In this document: positions 1-12,519 of the stretch, piece by piece
Layout: the number at the start of each line of letters is the position of its first letter
Numbering within the stretch: the stretch's first letter is position 1
NCBI GenBank assembly: GCA_038496445.1
Contig: JALMLS010000255.1
Coordinates: 248,001-312,000 of the forward strand
From: Trichosphaerium sp. ATCC 40318
Lineage: Eukaryota > Protista > Tubulinea
Length of the DNA: 64,000 nucleotides
Direction of reading: 5' to 3'
Translations under genes and position numbers: made by a program
The notes under the pieces: generated by a model
Databases searched by the model: none
What the model saw: the letters and a program-made list of their open reading frames with translations, nothing else
Told to the model about the DNA's origin: nothing

Positions 1-751
1 GCAAAGGCGTCTGCGCGATCAAAAAGCGGTTTTAGTTGTGAGGCGTTGCGTACCGTAGCTGGATTGTATTTTTTCGAGTAGAAGAAGAGGAGTGCGGCCT
101 CCACACAAAAGTAAATCGGTCGGTACTTTTTGCTCTTTGCAGTATCAGCTAAAAGGCTTCCTTTTACGTTAATAAGACCTTCTTTGTGACCCTATGGCGT
201 GTAAGTTAACGTGGCGCACAATTCATACGCACATGCTGCCACAGCATGTTTTAAATTTTTGATAGTATTTTTGTCGTTTAAAAAGGAGAGTGAGGCTGCT
301 TTTGCTCATGTTTTTTTCAATCATCACACGTCAAGCGTGGTTATCGACACATGGCGCTCGAGAAAACTCAAAAATAAGCAAAAAGGCGACACCCGTTCAA
401 AAAAAAAAATAAAACGGGTCACATGTTTTTGAGAAAAAACGTGCGCGATCGCTATACCAAAACCAAGGTGGACGTTTTTGCAACGAAGAAAAAGAAGATG
501 AATTAATTAATTTTGAGATCTATCAAAGTTAAGGGTATTTTGGGTACCATCCACTCTCTTCCTGACACGCTGTAATTCCAAATCTCTCCATCTATTGATT
601 TTCTCTGGGCTTTGAAACTCTTTCCAGCGTCCGTTACGCTTTTGGCTTTCCTTGTCTGCGCGAGTGCCGGCCTTGATTTACCCAATCGTTTCTCCCCTGT
701 AGAATATGAGGTAGCTCTTTGATGATTTTTGTCGCCCGCCTGGTCTGACAT
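1..751 (-). CDS. Probable multi-exon gene running off the left edge, product unknown
   Basis: 82-aa ORF from ATG 751 with a GTACCC donor. Further open stretches bounded by GT/AG lie near 60-190 (GHKEGLINVKGSLLAD...). No recognisable domain. Confidence 0.35.
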
Positions 752-927
752 TTAACACGTTACGTTTGGGTACAAATGGGGGATCGCTGTTTGACTGTAC
801 CACAAAAAAAAAGCACCCAACAATATTACTTGACTGGCTTTTCACTTTTCTGTAACTGAAGTTGATCCTCGCTGTAGTTGTTCGTTTGTATTATTTTTAG
901 CAAGTTGTGGTCATAGTTGTGGTGTAA

Positions 928-2335
928 ATGCACGGCACCTATCCTATAGATTTAGTTTTGGTTCGTCATGGACAGAGCGAGGGCAACCTGGCGCAGGAAT
1001 GTAGCATGAAAGTGAGTAACAAATGGTGTACTGCTTTTTTTTCGAATCTAATGTACCGAATTTCGTGTAGGGAGACGATTCGCTATGGACTCAGGAGTTT
1101 TATCAACGTCACACATCGAGATACCGTCTTACAGATAAAGGCATAGCGCAAGCAAAGTCAGCGGGCGAATGGGTACGGAAATACGCCATAAAGGCGCTAA
1201 CGCGGTTCGTAGATACGTCAAAACATTACAACCAAGTTTGATCGCTATTACTGTTCCGAGTACATACGTGCCATGGAAACGGCGTCGCTTTTATCGCTAC
1301 CAAAGGCGAAATGGTTTTGTGGTGTGTCATGCAACTGTTAAGACTCATTTGTAATTCAAAGTGTAGAGTTCTATTTGCGTGAACAGGATCAAGGTGTATT
1401 TGCTGGTAAATCTAAAACTGAACGTAAACGCCTTTACGCAGAAGAATTGAGGTATGTTTTACAACAACTGCCATTATCATGTTGACACTTCGTAGGCGGC
1501 GCAAGCTTGACAGCTTTTATTGGGCACCTCCAGGAGGCGAATCAATAGCGAATTGTTGTTTGCGCGTTGATAGGTTTTTGGCGCAATTGCGAGAGTCGTG
1601 TTCAGGCTTTAGGGTTAGTCCGTGTTGCAGGCGCGTATTAGTAATCTAAATATTTGTTGCCGCAGGTCATAACTGTCTGTCACGGAAACATTTTAAAAGC
1701 AATGCGGATCCGCATTGAGCGAATGAAGCAAGTTGATTGGGCTAACATGAGAAGCAAACCGCACCAGGTAAATTGCACGCGCTTACAAATTATTTGTTTT
1801 TCAATAATGATTATAAGACGTTGTATTAACCTACGTCATCATTGCCCATAGAGAACTTATAATTGTCAAATATTACACTACACGAGACGTGACCCTGTTA
1901 CAGGTGTCATACATCCTCACTTGAAATGGTTTAGATCTGTTTGTACGTACATACATTAACAACATAGTATATTCTTTATGTTAAAAAAACCTATTTGACA
2001 AAAAACCCGTTCTAATATTTAACTTCGTACAAGGTCCTTGGGATATGTCACGCTCTAGTAACAAATGGCAAGCTATACAAAGGCCAGTGTGGACCAATGA
2101 AGGTGCTTGTAGTTTTTCTTTGTACTGTTATTTAATGTCGCCTCTAGGCCTTATGGACGTTGTAAGGACTGTACCACGGGTGATTAACAATGAACCCAAT
2201 GACCGAGTGGTTAATGTTGATGATCCAATTACCAAGGTGGGTCAAGATACGCCCACCAAAGAGGAACGCCCCAAGAAAGAACCAACAGAGGCGATAAAGA
2301 AACCAATAGAAAAACCAACAGAAAAACCAACGTAG
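928..2335 (+). CDS. Histidine phosphatase / phosphoglycerate mutase-like protein
   Basis: LVLVRHGQSEGN motif, LTDKGIAQA, SEYIRAMETA, LREQDQG, PPGGES, VITVCHG, joined through canonical introns. C-terminal KP(T/I)E low-complexity tail. Confidence 0.88.
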
Positions 2336-2551
2336 GGATTGATTTAGAGTGCTGAATATGTTGACAAACCCTGTAATAATCCTTGTAAAATTTTTTGACA
2401 CCATCTCATTTTGTCTATTTGGAATCCCAGTAGCGTATTTCAATGGCGAAAAACAAAAGTAAATAGATAGTTACACATGATTTTTTTTTTCGCAGTAGTT
2501 GCCAAGTCAAGTAGCGTCAATAACAAAAAACGTTTTTCTGCTTTGTACGCG

Positions 2552-4032
2552 ATGTTGTCCCTGATAAAGTGGCAAAACCGCGCATATAGGCGTCGTACAT
2601 GTACGAGATTAAATACACGCGTAAAACAAGTGACTAGGCTAACATCCACTGCTCTGCCCTCGTACACCATATCAGATACACAGGTTATGCTCACTACGTC
2701 AGATGCTCTTGTAAACCCAGCACTTGTTGGTTACTTTTATGAAGCATTCACTATATTGACATCTTCTACTACTATCCCCAAGACAGAAATACGCAATCGC
2801 GTTGCAGGGCACAAATTTTGGACGGACATGACAAAAAGGCTGAGGGAAGCTAACACCGAGAGGGATTGCAAGGACTTGGTGCTAACAATTGGTAACGAAG
2901 ATCCTTGGGAACTTGCATTCACGTTGGCCTTTCCGAACAAGGAGGTGCCGACAAGGCCTCCAAAGTATAAACCATCGCGTGTTTTCAATGGATACATGAT
3001 GGCAGCGCTTGTACAAACTGGCTACCACACGCGCCAAGAGGCGTGGAGAGACATCTTGCATTTATATGGTGTCAACAAAGAAGGTCACGCCACAGTAGGA
3101 GAGGATCATTGGCATGGTTGTGTCTACACTGATTCTATAAAAATAAGTCAAGTGCGCTCACTGTTTTTTTTATTGGTGTCATCAAGCACAGGGTTTGCTT
3201 CTTCCAAGCCCATCACATAAATATACAAAAACCGCAAGACAAACTTCTGACACCCCTGTAGAGCGGTATATTTAGGCGAAAAGAAGGTGTATTCGTCACA
3301 GCGAACAGCCCTGGTGCCTTCTACACTACAGCTGATCCTGAATTAGGTGCGTGGACAACAGCACAGCTACTCATTTGTTTTCTGTTTTTATGTTTATGCA
3401 AAAATGATTATGCTTGCTTTTTCACTTTTGTTCTGAATCATTTGTATTGTAGCGGAAGTTGCCTCGACAATACAATCTGTCAAGGAGAGGCAAGAAACCG
3501 CCAACCTAGTGTATTTTAGATGGGACTTGACCGAGATGCTGAGAAACAACCCAAATCTCAAGTGGAAAACGTTTTCATCGCTGGAGGAATGGAATGAATT
3601 TTGCCTCAAATGCACAAAAGGTGGTAAAAAGGTACCCCCATGCACATATACTACTTATACAAAGATGGCTAACGTTTGCTACCAAAACAGGAAAAGAATC
3701 ACCCATATGATATTGTAGAAGGACCGTGGGCGATTCACGGCGCTGACGACACCCAGTTAATACCAGCATTTTGGCACTTTGCGTTTTGTACACCACGGGC
3801 TTGCAACGCGCTTAAAGTTTTACAACAAACGGACTGGAAACAGGTATGTTAACTGTCTTGAGAGGCACAAGCACGTTTTTTGGATTTACTAACACGTGCC
3901 TAGACTGACAAGGATAATTCAAATGATGGTGAATTCGAGCCTCCTCCAGAAGAACCTCGCCCAGGGCAAAATAGACCTGTTGCTACCACCGAAAGTAACC
4001 CAACTGGTGAATTTCAGCCCCCACCAGAGTAA
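2552..4032 (+). CDS. DUF3990-like (ADP-ribosyltransferase-fold) protein
   Basis: Spliced product reads HWHG...SGI...GAFYTT...LKWKTF..EEWNEF...HPYDIVEGPWA...FAFCTPRACNAL, matching the DUF3990 motif order (YHG, GFYxT, EEWxxF, YDIVxGP, FxTxxAxxL). Confidence 0.6.
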
Positions 4033-4150
4033 GGAGCAGTCTTGTGGCGTTGTAATAAAGGGACGTTGTGTACACAATCGAATACTACATTCTACGGTTA
4101 TTTTTAATGGTACAAAAAACATAGCCATAAAAACCACAATATTTTGTGAC

Positions 4151-7100
4151 TTAGCATTCGCTCTGGAACAATAGAATATCAACTTCTGCGACGTGCTTGA
4201 CTGCATTCTCAATGTCCGCCAGCCAAGCATCAGCATCGGCGGAATCGGTACATTTCAAGGTTATCGATCCTTCTTCGAACGTAATGTCAACTGCGCAATC
4301 ATCTATCCCTTGGTGTTAGCGGCTGTGATAGTAAGAGGTATGGATTGCGTGCCATCGTCTGCAATGCACGTCTCTTCGACAAAGGCTAGCGGATAGTATG
4401 TTTCGAATATTAGAGGGAACTTCGTTTTGTCCTTGGCTTGGTTGTGTGATGCAAACAAAAGGTAGTCACAAAGTAGGAATGCCTGAGAAAAGATTAACTT
4501 GATGTTCAAAAAAAAAAAAAGTAGGTACGCACCATGCCATCAATGGCTTCACACTCTTCTTCTTCTTCACTTTCACTGTCCTCGTCGTCTCCTCCTTGAT
4601 CGTCGCTGTCTTCCTCATCGGAGTAGTCTTCATCAGTGTACTTGAAGAGAAACGCCGTGTTAGAGTAACCAACTCAAACTTTAAAGTGGGTACCTCCTCT
4701 TCGTCTCTTTGTATCAACGTCACAGCACCTTCCCTCACAAACTTGCGTTTTGGGTGTATCAAGTCCTAAGCATGGGTTATTTAGTGAAGGCACGCATCGC
4801 ATTAATTCGGCGTGTACTCCGTCCGTACATCAAAGTCCTTGAGCTGTTTTTGTAGCTCGATCAACTTGTGCATGTCTGAAAACGTTTTTTCAAACTCGCG
4901 TTGCTTCTCGTTCAGCGTATCAGCACATGTTTGTAGGTGAGACTCCGCCTTTGCAATCACATCTTCATCTTGTTTGGGTACGTTGGTCCTTAGCTCCTAG
5001 AATTTTATCAACGTAGAGACTGATACTGGGCCGCATACTCTGAAGAGCAGAACATATCTTCCCACACGCTGGACGGGCATAATCAAGAACGATAGCAGAT
5101 CGAGGCCAGCACCGTAACTGGATTCGAATCCCTGTAAGGGTACTCAGCAAAAGACAAGAAACAGGCAAGCGCCGTGTAATGTGTGTACCTCAATCAATTT
5201 ATCCAAGCCTTGATTTTCCCTACGTAGTACCTTTATGGAGTAGTAGTTTGCCTCGTAGTTGTTCAAGTATGCTGAATAGTTCAAAAGAAATTGTGTCTAA
5301 AATACGTGATCAGTTGGTTAACTGTATCTTACATGGCGCACGTGATTTTGGAAAACGTGCGCAAGTGCCTTGTAATCCTCTCTTTGGTCTTCTTTACGAT
5401 TTTTCTAAAACGCTCATTGGTTTGATTGGTTGCTTATAACACTTTCTTTACCTTGATGCGTTCTATGAGTGCTTTATGTTCTTCGCATATATCAAGTAAA
5501 TCTGGCAATTTCTTGATGTAGGGTTGTATCGACTGCAATGAAGGATCGCTTTGGAACGGCTTAACAAAGTTCTATTCATTTCAGTAAGGTACTCATCCAT
5601 TTAGTGGCGTGACTAGTAACACTGTGTGAGTGTGTACCTGGCATAGAATAGTGAGGTAATTCAAGTAGCTCTCTTCGGATTCTATGATCTCTTCAGTTAT
5701 CTTGAGACAGCGTGTGTCTTGTTTCACTACAATCCGAATATTACGTTAGCTTTGAACAACAAGAAAATATTCTAAAGATTGTACGTGATTTAAGGTAGTT
5801 GTCGCGGTCGAGGTGTTGCATCATGAATTGGAGAAGTTGGGCAAGAGCATCTCTATTGCCTAGTACGACATCTACACTGGGTTTAGCAATCGGAGTGATG
5901 CAGCATGACAGGATGGTCTATGTACCTTTGGCTTGAACCGGAGGAGGCTTCATCGTAATCTGTGTGACTGATCGATACACTTCCATTACATTGAGTATAC
6001 CAGTTTCAGCTTCCGAATTTAAGAAAACGCCAGAGTCTGAGATGTCTTTAGATCCACCATAGCTGTAAAAAGTGTTTTAGTTTTGCTGGATTCTCACGAG
6101 GAAAAAAATGATAGTGTGATTATAGCGCACGTTATCAATTCGGTTCCACTCAGATTCTCGCACAACTGAACCAGAATAGAGCCTCGTTTGCATTGGCCAA
6201 CTTGATGATGGTGAGTCACACGTGAAATACGTAGTAGGTAAGTATGCACGTACAAGACTGTACTTTGTTTTCTTGAGTGATGTGCTTGTTCACCCACACA
6301 ACCAATTTCTATGTATTGTCAGAGGCTATGAATGTGCTACATTTCCAAGCGTACCTTCTCTTCTTCTGTGTCTGGTGTCTAATTGCAAATGTTAGTACAC
6401 CGTAATAACGCGTAGAATCAAGGAAAAAACCCTTGTGCTTTGTGGGTGCAAGAGAGAAGACGTACTGAATCATGATCGTCTTTGTGATCCTGTGGCAGGC
6501 CGTACAGGTGCTTATTCGTTGAAGCCTCATTCTCAGGCTGTATTGTTGGTCCTTTGTATCCAAGTTTGGCGGCTTTGTCAGCAATTGAATAGATATTGAT
6601 GATGACGCGCATCAGGTTTTGTTCTGGACTTGGTATTATGAAAACGGCACGTTTTTACATCGTATAAATTTTTGGGCACGTGCCTTCATACAAGTCATTG
6701 GTGTCAAAGCTCTGAGACATGCCAATCTTCTTACAAAATGCGAGGTACTTGGCAATGTTTTCCTGTACAAAGGTGTGAATAGAACACACCCCTTTTTCAT
6801 TTTTGCGTTTTGTGTACCCTGTGTACAAAAGGATTTCTGGCGGTTTGAACGCCGTCAATGCTTCCTGGAATGACAGCGTTTGCCAAGTTGCACAGTATCA
6901 CTCCTGATTTTAGGAATGATGCAAACGACCCTTCAAATTTGGTGTCAAGCACGCTTTCAATCCACTTTCTTGTTGCCTGTTCAAGGCCTGAATCGTGCTT
7001 TAGAGCTTCTTTGGCTTGCACCGATTTTTCTAGAGATGGAACCTGAGGGTAGGTGAGCTATCAGTAGACTGTGCAGCATACAGAGCCACTGCTCGACACT

Positions 7101-8018
7101 TACTGAGATTTGTACTCCCTTGGCGGGGCCAGCAAACCAACTCATTGGCCTCACTCTACGAATCCTGTTAGTGTGCTGCATGGCCTAAAGTGTATCGATT
7201 ACCATACCTTTTAAATCTTCTCTTAGGTTTTGGTGTGGGTTCCTTTGGTATCTCGGCGACTGTAAGTTCAAAGGGGCTACAACAACGCCAAGAAATGGCT
7301 TACCGTGGCAGGCTTGACATTGATAGCAGGAGCGATGGATTGAGGCGTTTCTTGAGTTTGGCGTCTCAAACCTCGCTTAGGTCGCTTTTCGCTCCTGCGC
7401 TTTTCGCTCTTCCGTTTATCGCTCTTTCGTACTTGATGCTGTTTAGCGATGGCAATTGAACCACCCCTTGATATGAAGGGACCACAGTACCTACAAGATT
7501 GTTACACGTGATATCATTGCCCTCGAGCTTTGCTTGGTGCAGGGCTGTGATTACTCACCCAGGCGCTCTCTTTACGCGTTGGCCAAAGGAGTACAAGTGC
7601 ACAATAACAGAGTATAGATCCCTGCCTTCAGAGAGACTGATGGTATCGAAAACGTATATCCCAAGACTCAGTTTTTTAAAACCGTCAACGTAGCTGTTTA
7701 TGTTATCCTAGCACGCGTTTAATGCTTGTTGTACGATACCCGTTTGCTTACTACTTGCTTTAACTTATGCTTTAGGTTTACGCCTTCATTGATGCGCCTC
7801 ACGCTCCCGGACTTTATTTTATTCAACAATCTAATGCCTGTTACGCTGACACGCACTCAATGTGCAAAAGAGTTGATGCTAAACATAACAACGTACCTAC
7901 AAAGAAGCACGCCGTCGCCGAATAGTGATTGGAAGTCCTTGGCGGGGAGTTTCTGTTCAAGTACGGCGCCTACCCACTCCAGAACTTTGCGTTCTAGTAC
8001 CTTGTAGGATTTTTCCAT
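4151..8018 (-). CDS. RhoGEF with multiple N-terminal calponin-homology domains plus DH-PH
   Basis: CH motifs (WVGAVL..FGDGVLLC; WIESVL..FLKSGVILCNLAN; calponin-like GYKGPTI). DH motif FLIMPVQRVGRYVLL. PH: KRKFVREG...AFLLCDYLLFA...ADAWLADIENAV. Confidence 0.85.
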
Positions 8019-8250
8019 ACTGCTACTATACTGGCGAGCCACTACCTAGGTGTAGGCGGCAATGTACACTGTTTTAAAGCGAAATAATAAAGTGTCGCTA
8101 CAAAAAAAAATGACACGTGACTTAAACCGTTACCCTGAATTTTGATAAAAATGCAACGGCGACTCATTTATTTTTAATCATAATAGGAAAGTGATACAAA
8201 TGGTTGTTGAATGTGGTTGTTACAAGTGTTGTTTGTGGCAACTACCCATC

Positions 8251-10532
8251 TCAAGCGTCCAGTAAAGCATCCATGTATGTCCATGTTATCTCTTTGATGA
8301 GACCCCTAGCGCATAGGTATGTCAGGTATTAAACAAATAAAAATGAGATAGTACCGATCTGGAAGAGATGCGCACATGCCATAGACTGGTGCACTGCCAT
8401 TCTATGTAAAAATTAGTGAGCTGACTTTACTCCACAAAAAGAGGTAATAAAAGAAAGTGGCGGTTAAGTACTTTGACAGTAGGGTTCTTCTTAACGAGTT
8501 CTATGGAGTCCTTGATATCCGCCAAGAATTTGTCTACTTTACCAACTTGGCGTAGAGTAACGCAAAGATGCAATCTACACAGACGATTATGGTGATATAA
8601 CGGTTAGGTAATATAGTAGACTTACCCTTTTGGTTTGTGCAAGGCACTCAGGTTCCAGCCCTTTTCTGACATGTAGTCATTGAGGTTGTAAATGTTTATC
8701 GAGTCAATAGTATCCCATGCTATTATTGGCGAGAGCGAATCGCCCATCAACTTAATTTCTCTAATGGCTCTAAGGCCTTCTTTGATGTCCTTTGCGGTCT
8801 GCATTATCTTGTTAGAGGCGTCAAGATACCCTTTTTTGCCGTTAACCATCATCACTGCCCATGCCGCTGCAATAGCTCCACCTGGCCTAAACGCGTATGT
8901 GAGACAGAGATATTGGCGTTTAGATGTTAATTACCTCGAGCCAGGCATGGTTGGACTTGGGTAAATACCACCTGGCCACTCAGTCGCTACAAAAAACATG
9001 TAGTGGCGAATGTCCTACACAAAACGTCAACGCTTGGCAGGTGTGCGATGCAACTACATACCTTGTTTCTGAATAGAAGCGCAGATGTACCTTTTGGTGC
9101 AAAAGCGTACTTGTGTGTATCAGCTGAGATGGATGTGACACCCGGTAGACTAAAGTCAAATTCTGGAAGGTCCCATCCTTCTCTTTTTGCCCATGGTAAA
9201 ATGAACCTGTTGCCCATAAATAATTAGTGAACCTGTAGTTGGTGAAGAAACATAAAATTGTGAGGCGCGGTTGTATAACCTGACAACAACAAAAAAGAGT
9301 AAAGCGAATACATAAACAAAACTTACCCTCCAAGGCACATGTCTACATGTAGTGGCACACTATACTTGATGGCAAGGTCCGACAAGCCTGAAATATCATC
9401 TATGGTCCCGTGTGGATATCCAGGTGCTGATCCAATAAGAGCTATCGTATTCCTAGGAGCGCACATTCAGGAAAAGGCATAATTGGGGATGTTCTTACTT
9501 GGTAATAGCGCCTTCAAGTGCAGCCATGTCTACTTTGAAATCGGATTTGACTGGTATTTTAACTAGTTTAATGCCAAAGTAATGCGCTGCCTTGTCAAAC
9601 GCACAATGTGCCGTAACGGGCAAAACACTAAAGCAGATGTTTGTAAACAAGAAAAGTCTTAAACTCTGACCAAAAACAAGTTTTTAGAAAAGTCATCATC
9701 GTACATTTCTGGATGTTTGATGCCTTTCTTGGCCAATGCTTGATCTCGGTATGCCTTGCATGCCATCAATAGGCTAGGTACGAAAGTAAGATGACAACAA
9801 TTCTGGTAACAAAAAAAAATACCTCTCCGTGCCACCAGAAGTAACCACACCACAAACTCCCTCGTCGCCGTTGAGCATACTTCGCGTAAAGCGCACAATT
9901 TCGGCTTCAAACTTTCTTACGGCTGGGAACAAGTCCAAATGCAGCGGGTTCGCCAAGCAAAACAGTTCGTACGCCTTGTGCGAAGGGTAGTTAGCAGCTT
10001 ACAGAGAAGGGGATGCAAGCACCTTTGCGGAGAGTTGAACAAGATCATCTGCACCGCTGTAGACGGCTCCTGACACGTAACCATCCTTCCACGTGGTGCC
10101 TTCTTTCTCTTTGAGCTTGGTCATGACCTGTATTACGTCTGCGTGTGAAAGGCCTTCCTAGTTGTTCAATCAAAATGAGCCGAAACGTTCCGTCAGCAAA
10201 CAAAACGGGAGTACCTCTGGTAAATCGCTCAATGGATTGTCGTCGAAACTAGACACGGTTTGGCGTATCTTTTGGGCAATTTTGACATGTTCATCCTGTA
10301 TTTTCCCTGACACTCCCGGAATATTACGTATCTGCTTGAATAGCGCGTCCTTTAAGTCTTGCGTAATTTTTAGCACCATTTTGTACGAAATGTATTACGA
10401 ACCCAAGTCAGCGAAGTAGTGGTTGTATAACGCTACCCCAGCGAGCGTAACACCCGCACCGCCGACTACTAATTTCCACGGCTCGTACGTTGCTAAACGA
10501 GCGTTTATATCTGCAGTTATGGACGATAGCAT
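8251..10532 (-). CDS. SGPL1: Sphingosine-1-phosphate lyase (PLP-dependent)
   Basis: [64 protein letters not shown] (PLP lysine), [21 protein letters not shown]. Confidence 0.95.
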
Positions 10533-10979
10533 GCTGTAGAATCCTTTTTAAGACAGAGCCAATTGCAGTCAGTCGTTTTCAGCGAGGACAATCTTTTGCC
10601 CGAAACAGACACTTACCACGTGGTATATTTGAAGGTGTCAAACAACACGACTTTTCAACACTTATTTGACAAAGACATAAATTAAAATGTCAAAGACGAA
10701 AATTGATAAGTAATTTTGGTGACAATATCTACAACATATTTTCTCTTGCAAACCTACATTTGTTTAAGCTGTTAATATTTATTTCACCTTAAACTAGTGA
10801 ATTAATAATGTTATAGCAGTGGTGGAATTGGACGACACACGAATTGCACATTTTGGGCACATTTTTTTCCACACAAAAGGCACGTTTCTCTTCCACAAAT
10901 TGCACGTTTTGGACACATTTTGGGCACGTTTATTTTGCACGTTTTGGGCATGTTTTAGGCCTGTTTATTTTCCAGATAT

Positions 10980-12300
10980 TTATTCATAAAAGTCTATTTT
11001 TTCAGTTAACAGATTCAATGTTTCTCTGTCTCCATTGTTGTATCTGATGTGCCATTTTTTTGTACAGGCTATATACCTTGATATCACACCATCAAAGTAT
11101 GCCCTTTTCAAAGGCCAATAAACACGAATCTGGCTTCCTACTAAGTTGCAACCCCATGGCAGTGGTGGAGCTTCTTTTCTTGGTTTTTTGTTGTTTGGAA
11201 CTCCTTTCAAAGTTGTGATGCTACTAAACTTGTGTTTTGCTCCCTTCTGAGTGTTAGACAATTGTTTGTATTCAGAACAAGTCAAACCAATGAGTACTGC
11301 AATGACATGAGCACATGTGCCAACTGTTCTAGCTCCAGCTGAACATGTGCAGTAATGAACAACATCTACAATGTCATTTGTTGGCAAGTGAAGAAACACA
11401 GTGTGTCCCTTTGAGCTTTTTTTCCTTGAGTAAATTGAGATTTTAAGCCTACTATCTTGTAGACTACATGAAGCTTTATAGCATTTTCAACCCTTTGTGT
11501 AACATCATAGTACTTTTGCTTCATCACTTTAAAATTGATGGCTTCTTCTTCATTGTGGACATGGTAGGCTTTGGCAAGATCTATAGCCATACTCCCCACT
11601 GCAAGTTGATGTATATTTATTTGAGAGAAAGTAGGTAGCTTTAAACTATCTGGTTTTATGGTTGTTCATCCAGATCTCATTGTGGCGGCTTCATGTAAAT
11701 AGTTGTTACTTAATCCACTTTTAGCAAATATTGTGTTTTTATCCATCTCATCTGTTGGCTGATTCTTCATGATTGGTTTAAAAAAACAGTTAGTAAGAGC
11801 AACAAGTACACGGATTAGCTGGTGAAGTAGTGGAATGAGATTGGTGTCTATTGTGTTGTATAAAATCTTCCATTTTTTTAACATGCCAAAAGCTGCTTCA
11901 ACTGCAAATCAACTAACACATCCACTTTCATTGTGATGTGTTTAATTGATCAATTTGGCATCTTTTGAAACAGGTGTGTGTATTTTAAAGTTGTGTAGTT
12001 GCATTTTGTTAAAGCCATGATCACCCATAAACTGATCAAAGGAGCTATCAAATTCATTACTAATATTAAGTTTGTTATTTGATAATATATTGTCCATCAT
12101 GTCACCATCTCCATGGTTGCCATCAGAAAAGTACAACTCACTAAAATCCCAAAATTTACCATCTGGACAGACAAATCCCATAGATTTAAGAAGATTACGT
12201 CCTTTGTATGAAAAGAAACTATGTTTTTGGTGTAAAAAGTAAGATGACTTTTGGCAATACAAATTAGCCATCAAAATCAATTGTACATAAGGGAATACAT
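10980..12300 (-). pseudogene. PIF/Harbinger-ISL2EU-type (DDE_Tnp_4) transposase with SWIM zinc finger and C-terminal Tudor-like domain, disrupted
   Basis: FSYKGRNLLKSMGFVCPDG...YFSDGNHGD...GDHGF (DRGF)...*FAVEAAFGMLKKWKIL. SWIM YCTCSAGARTVGTCAHV. Tudor-like LVGSQIRVYWP...YFDGVI...WHIRYNNGDRETLNL. Contains stops and frameshifts. Confidence 0.8.
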
Positions 12301-12519
12301 CTGCAAACAAAGATGGAGTGTGATCTGCTATCACACCCACTACAACAAAACCACATGAATGCAGAAAAAAAACCAGGATGTGACTGTAAACGTACAATTA
12401 AATAAACGAACAGTCTCATCTGCTTGTAGGTCATACCCTGTTTTATACAATGTATGTGTACACATATATCACATGTGTGCCAAAACCACAACCATCAGTA
12501 TACACTTGCAATCAAAAAA

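Noticed and set aside
3060-3150. GEDHWHGCVY as a HUH motif of a CRESS-virus/Helitron Rep
   Set aside because: No YxxK motif or helicase follows, and downstream exons fit DUF3990 much better.
8110-10625. CACGTG boxes near gene starts as regulatory sites
   Set aside because: The hexamer is also common in introns and exons here; enrichment cannot be shown by eye.
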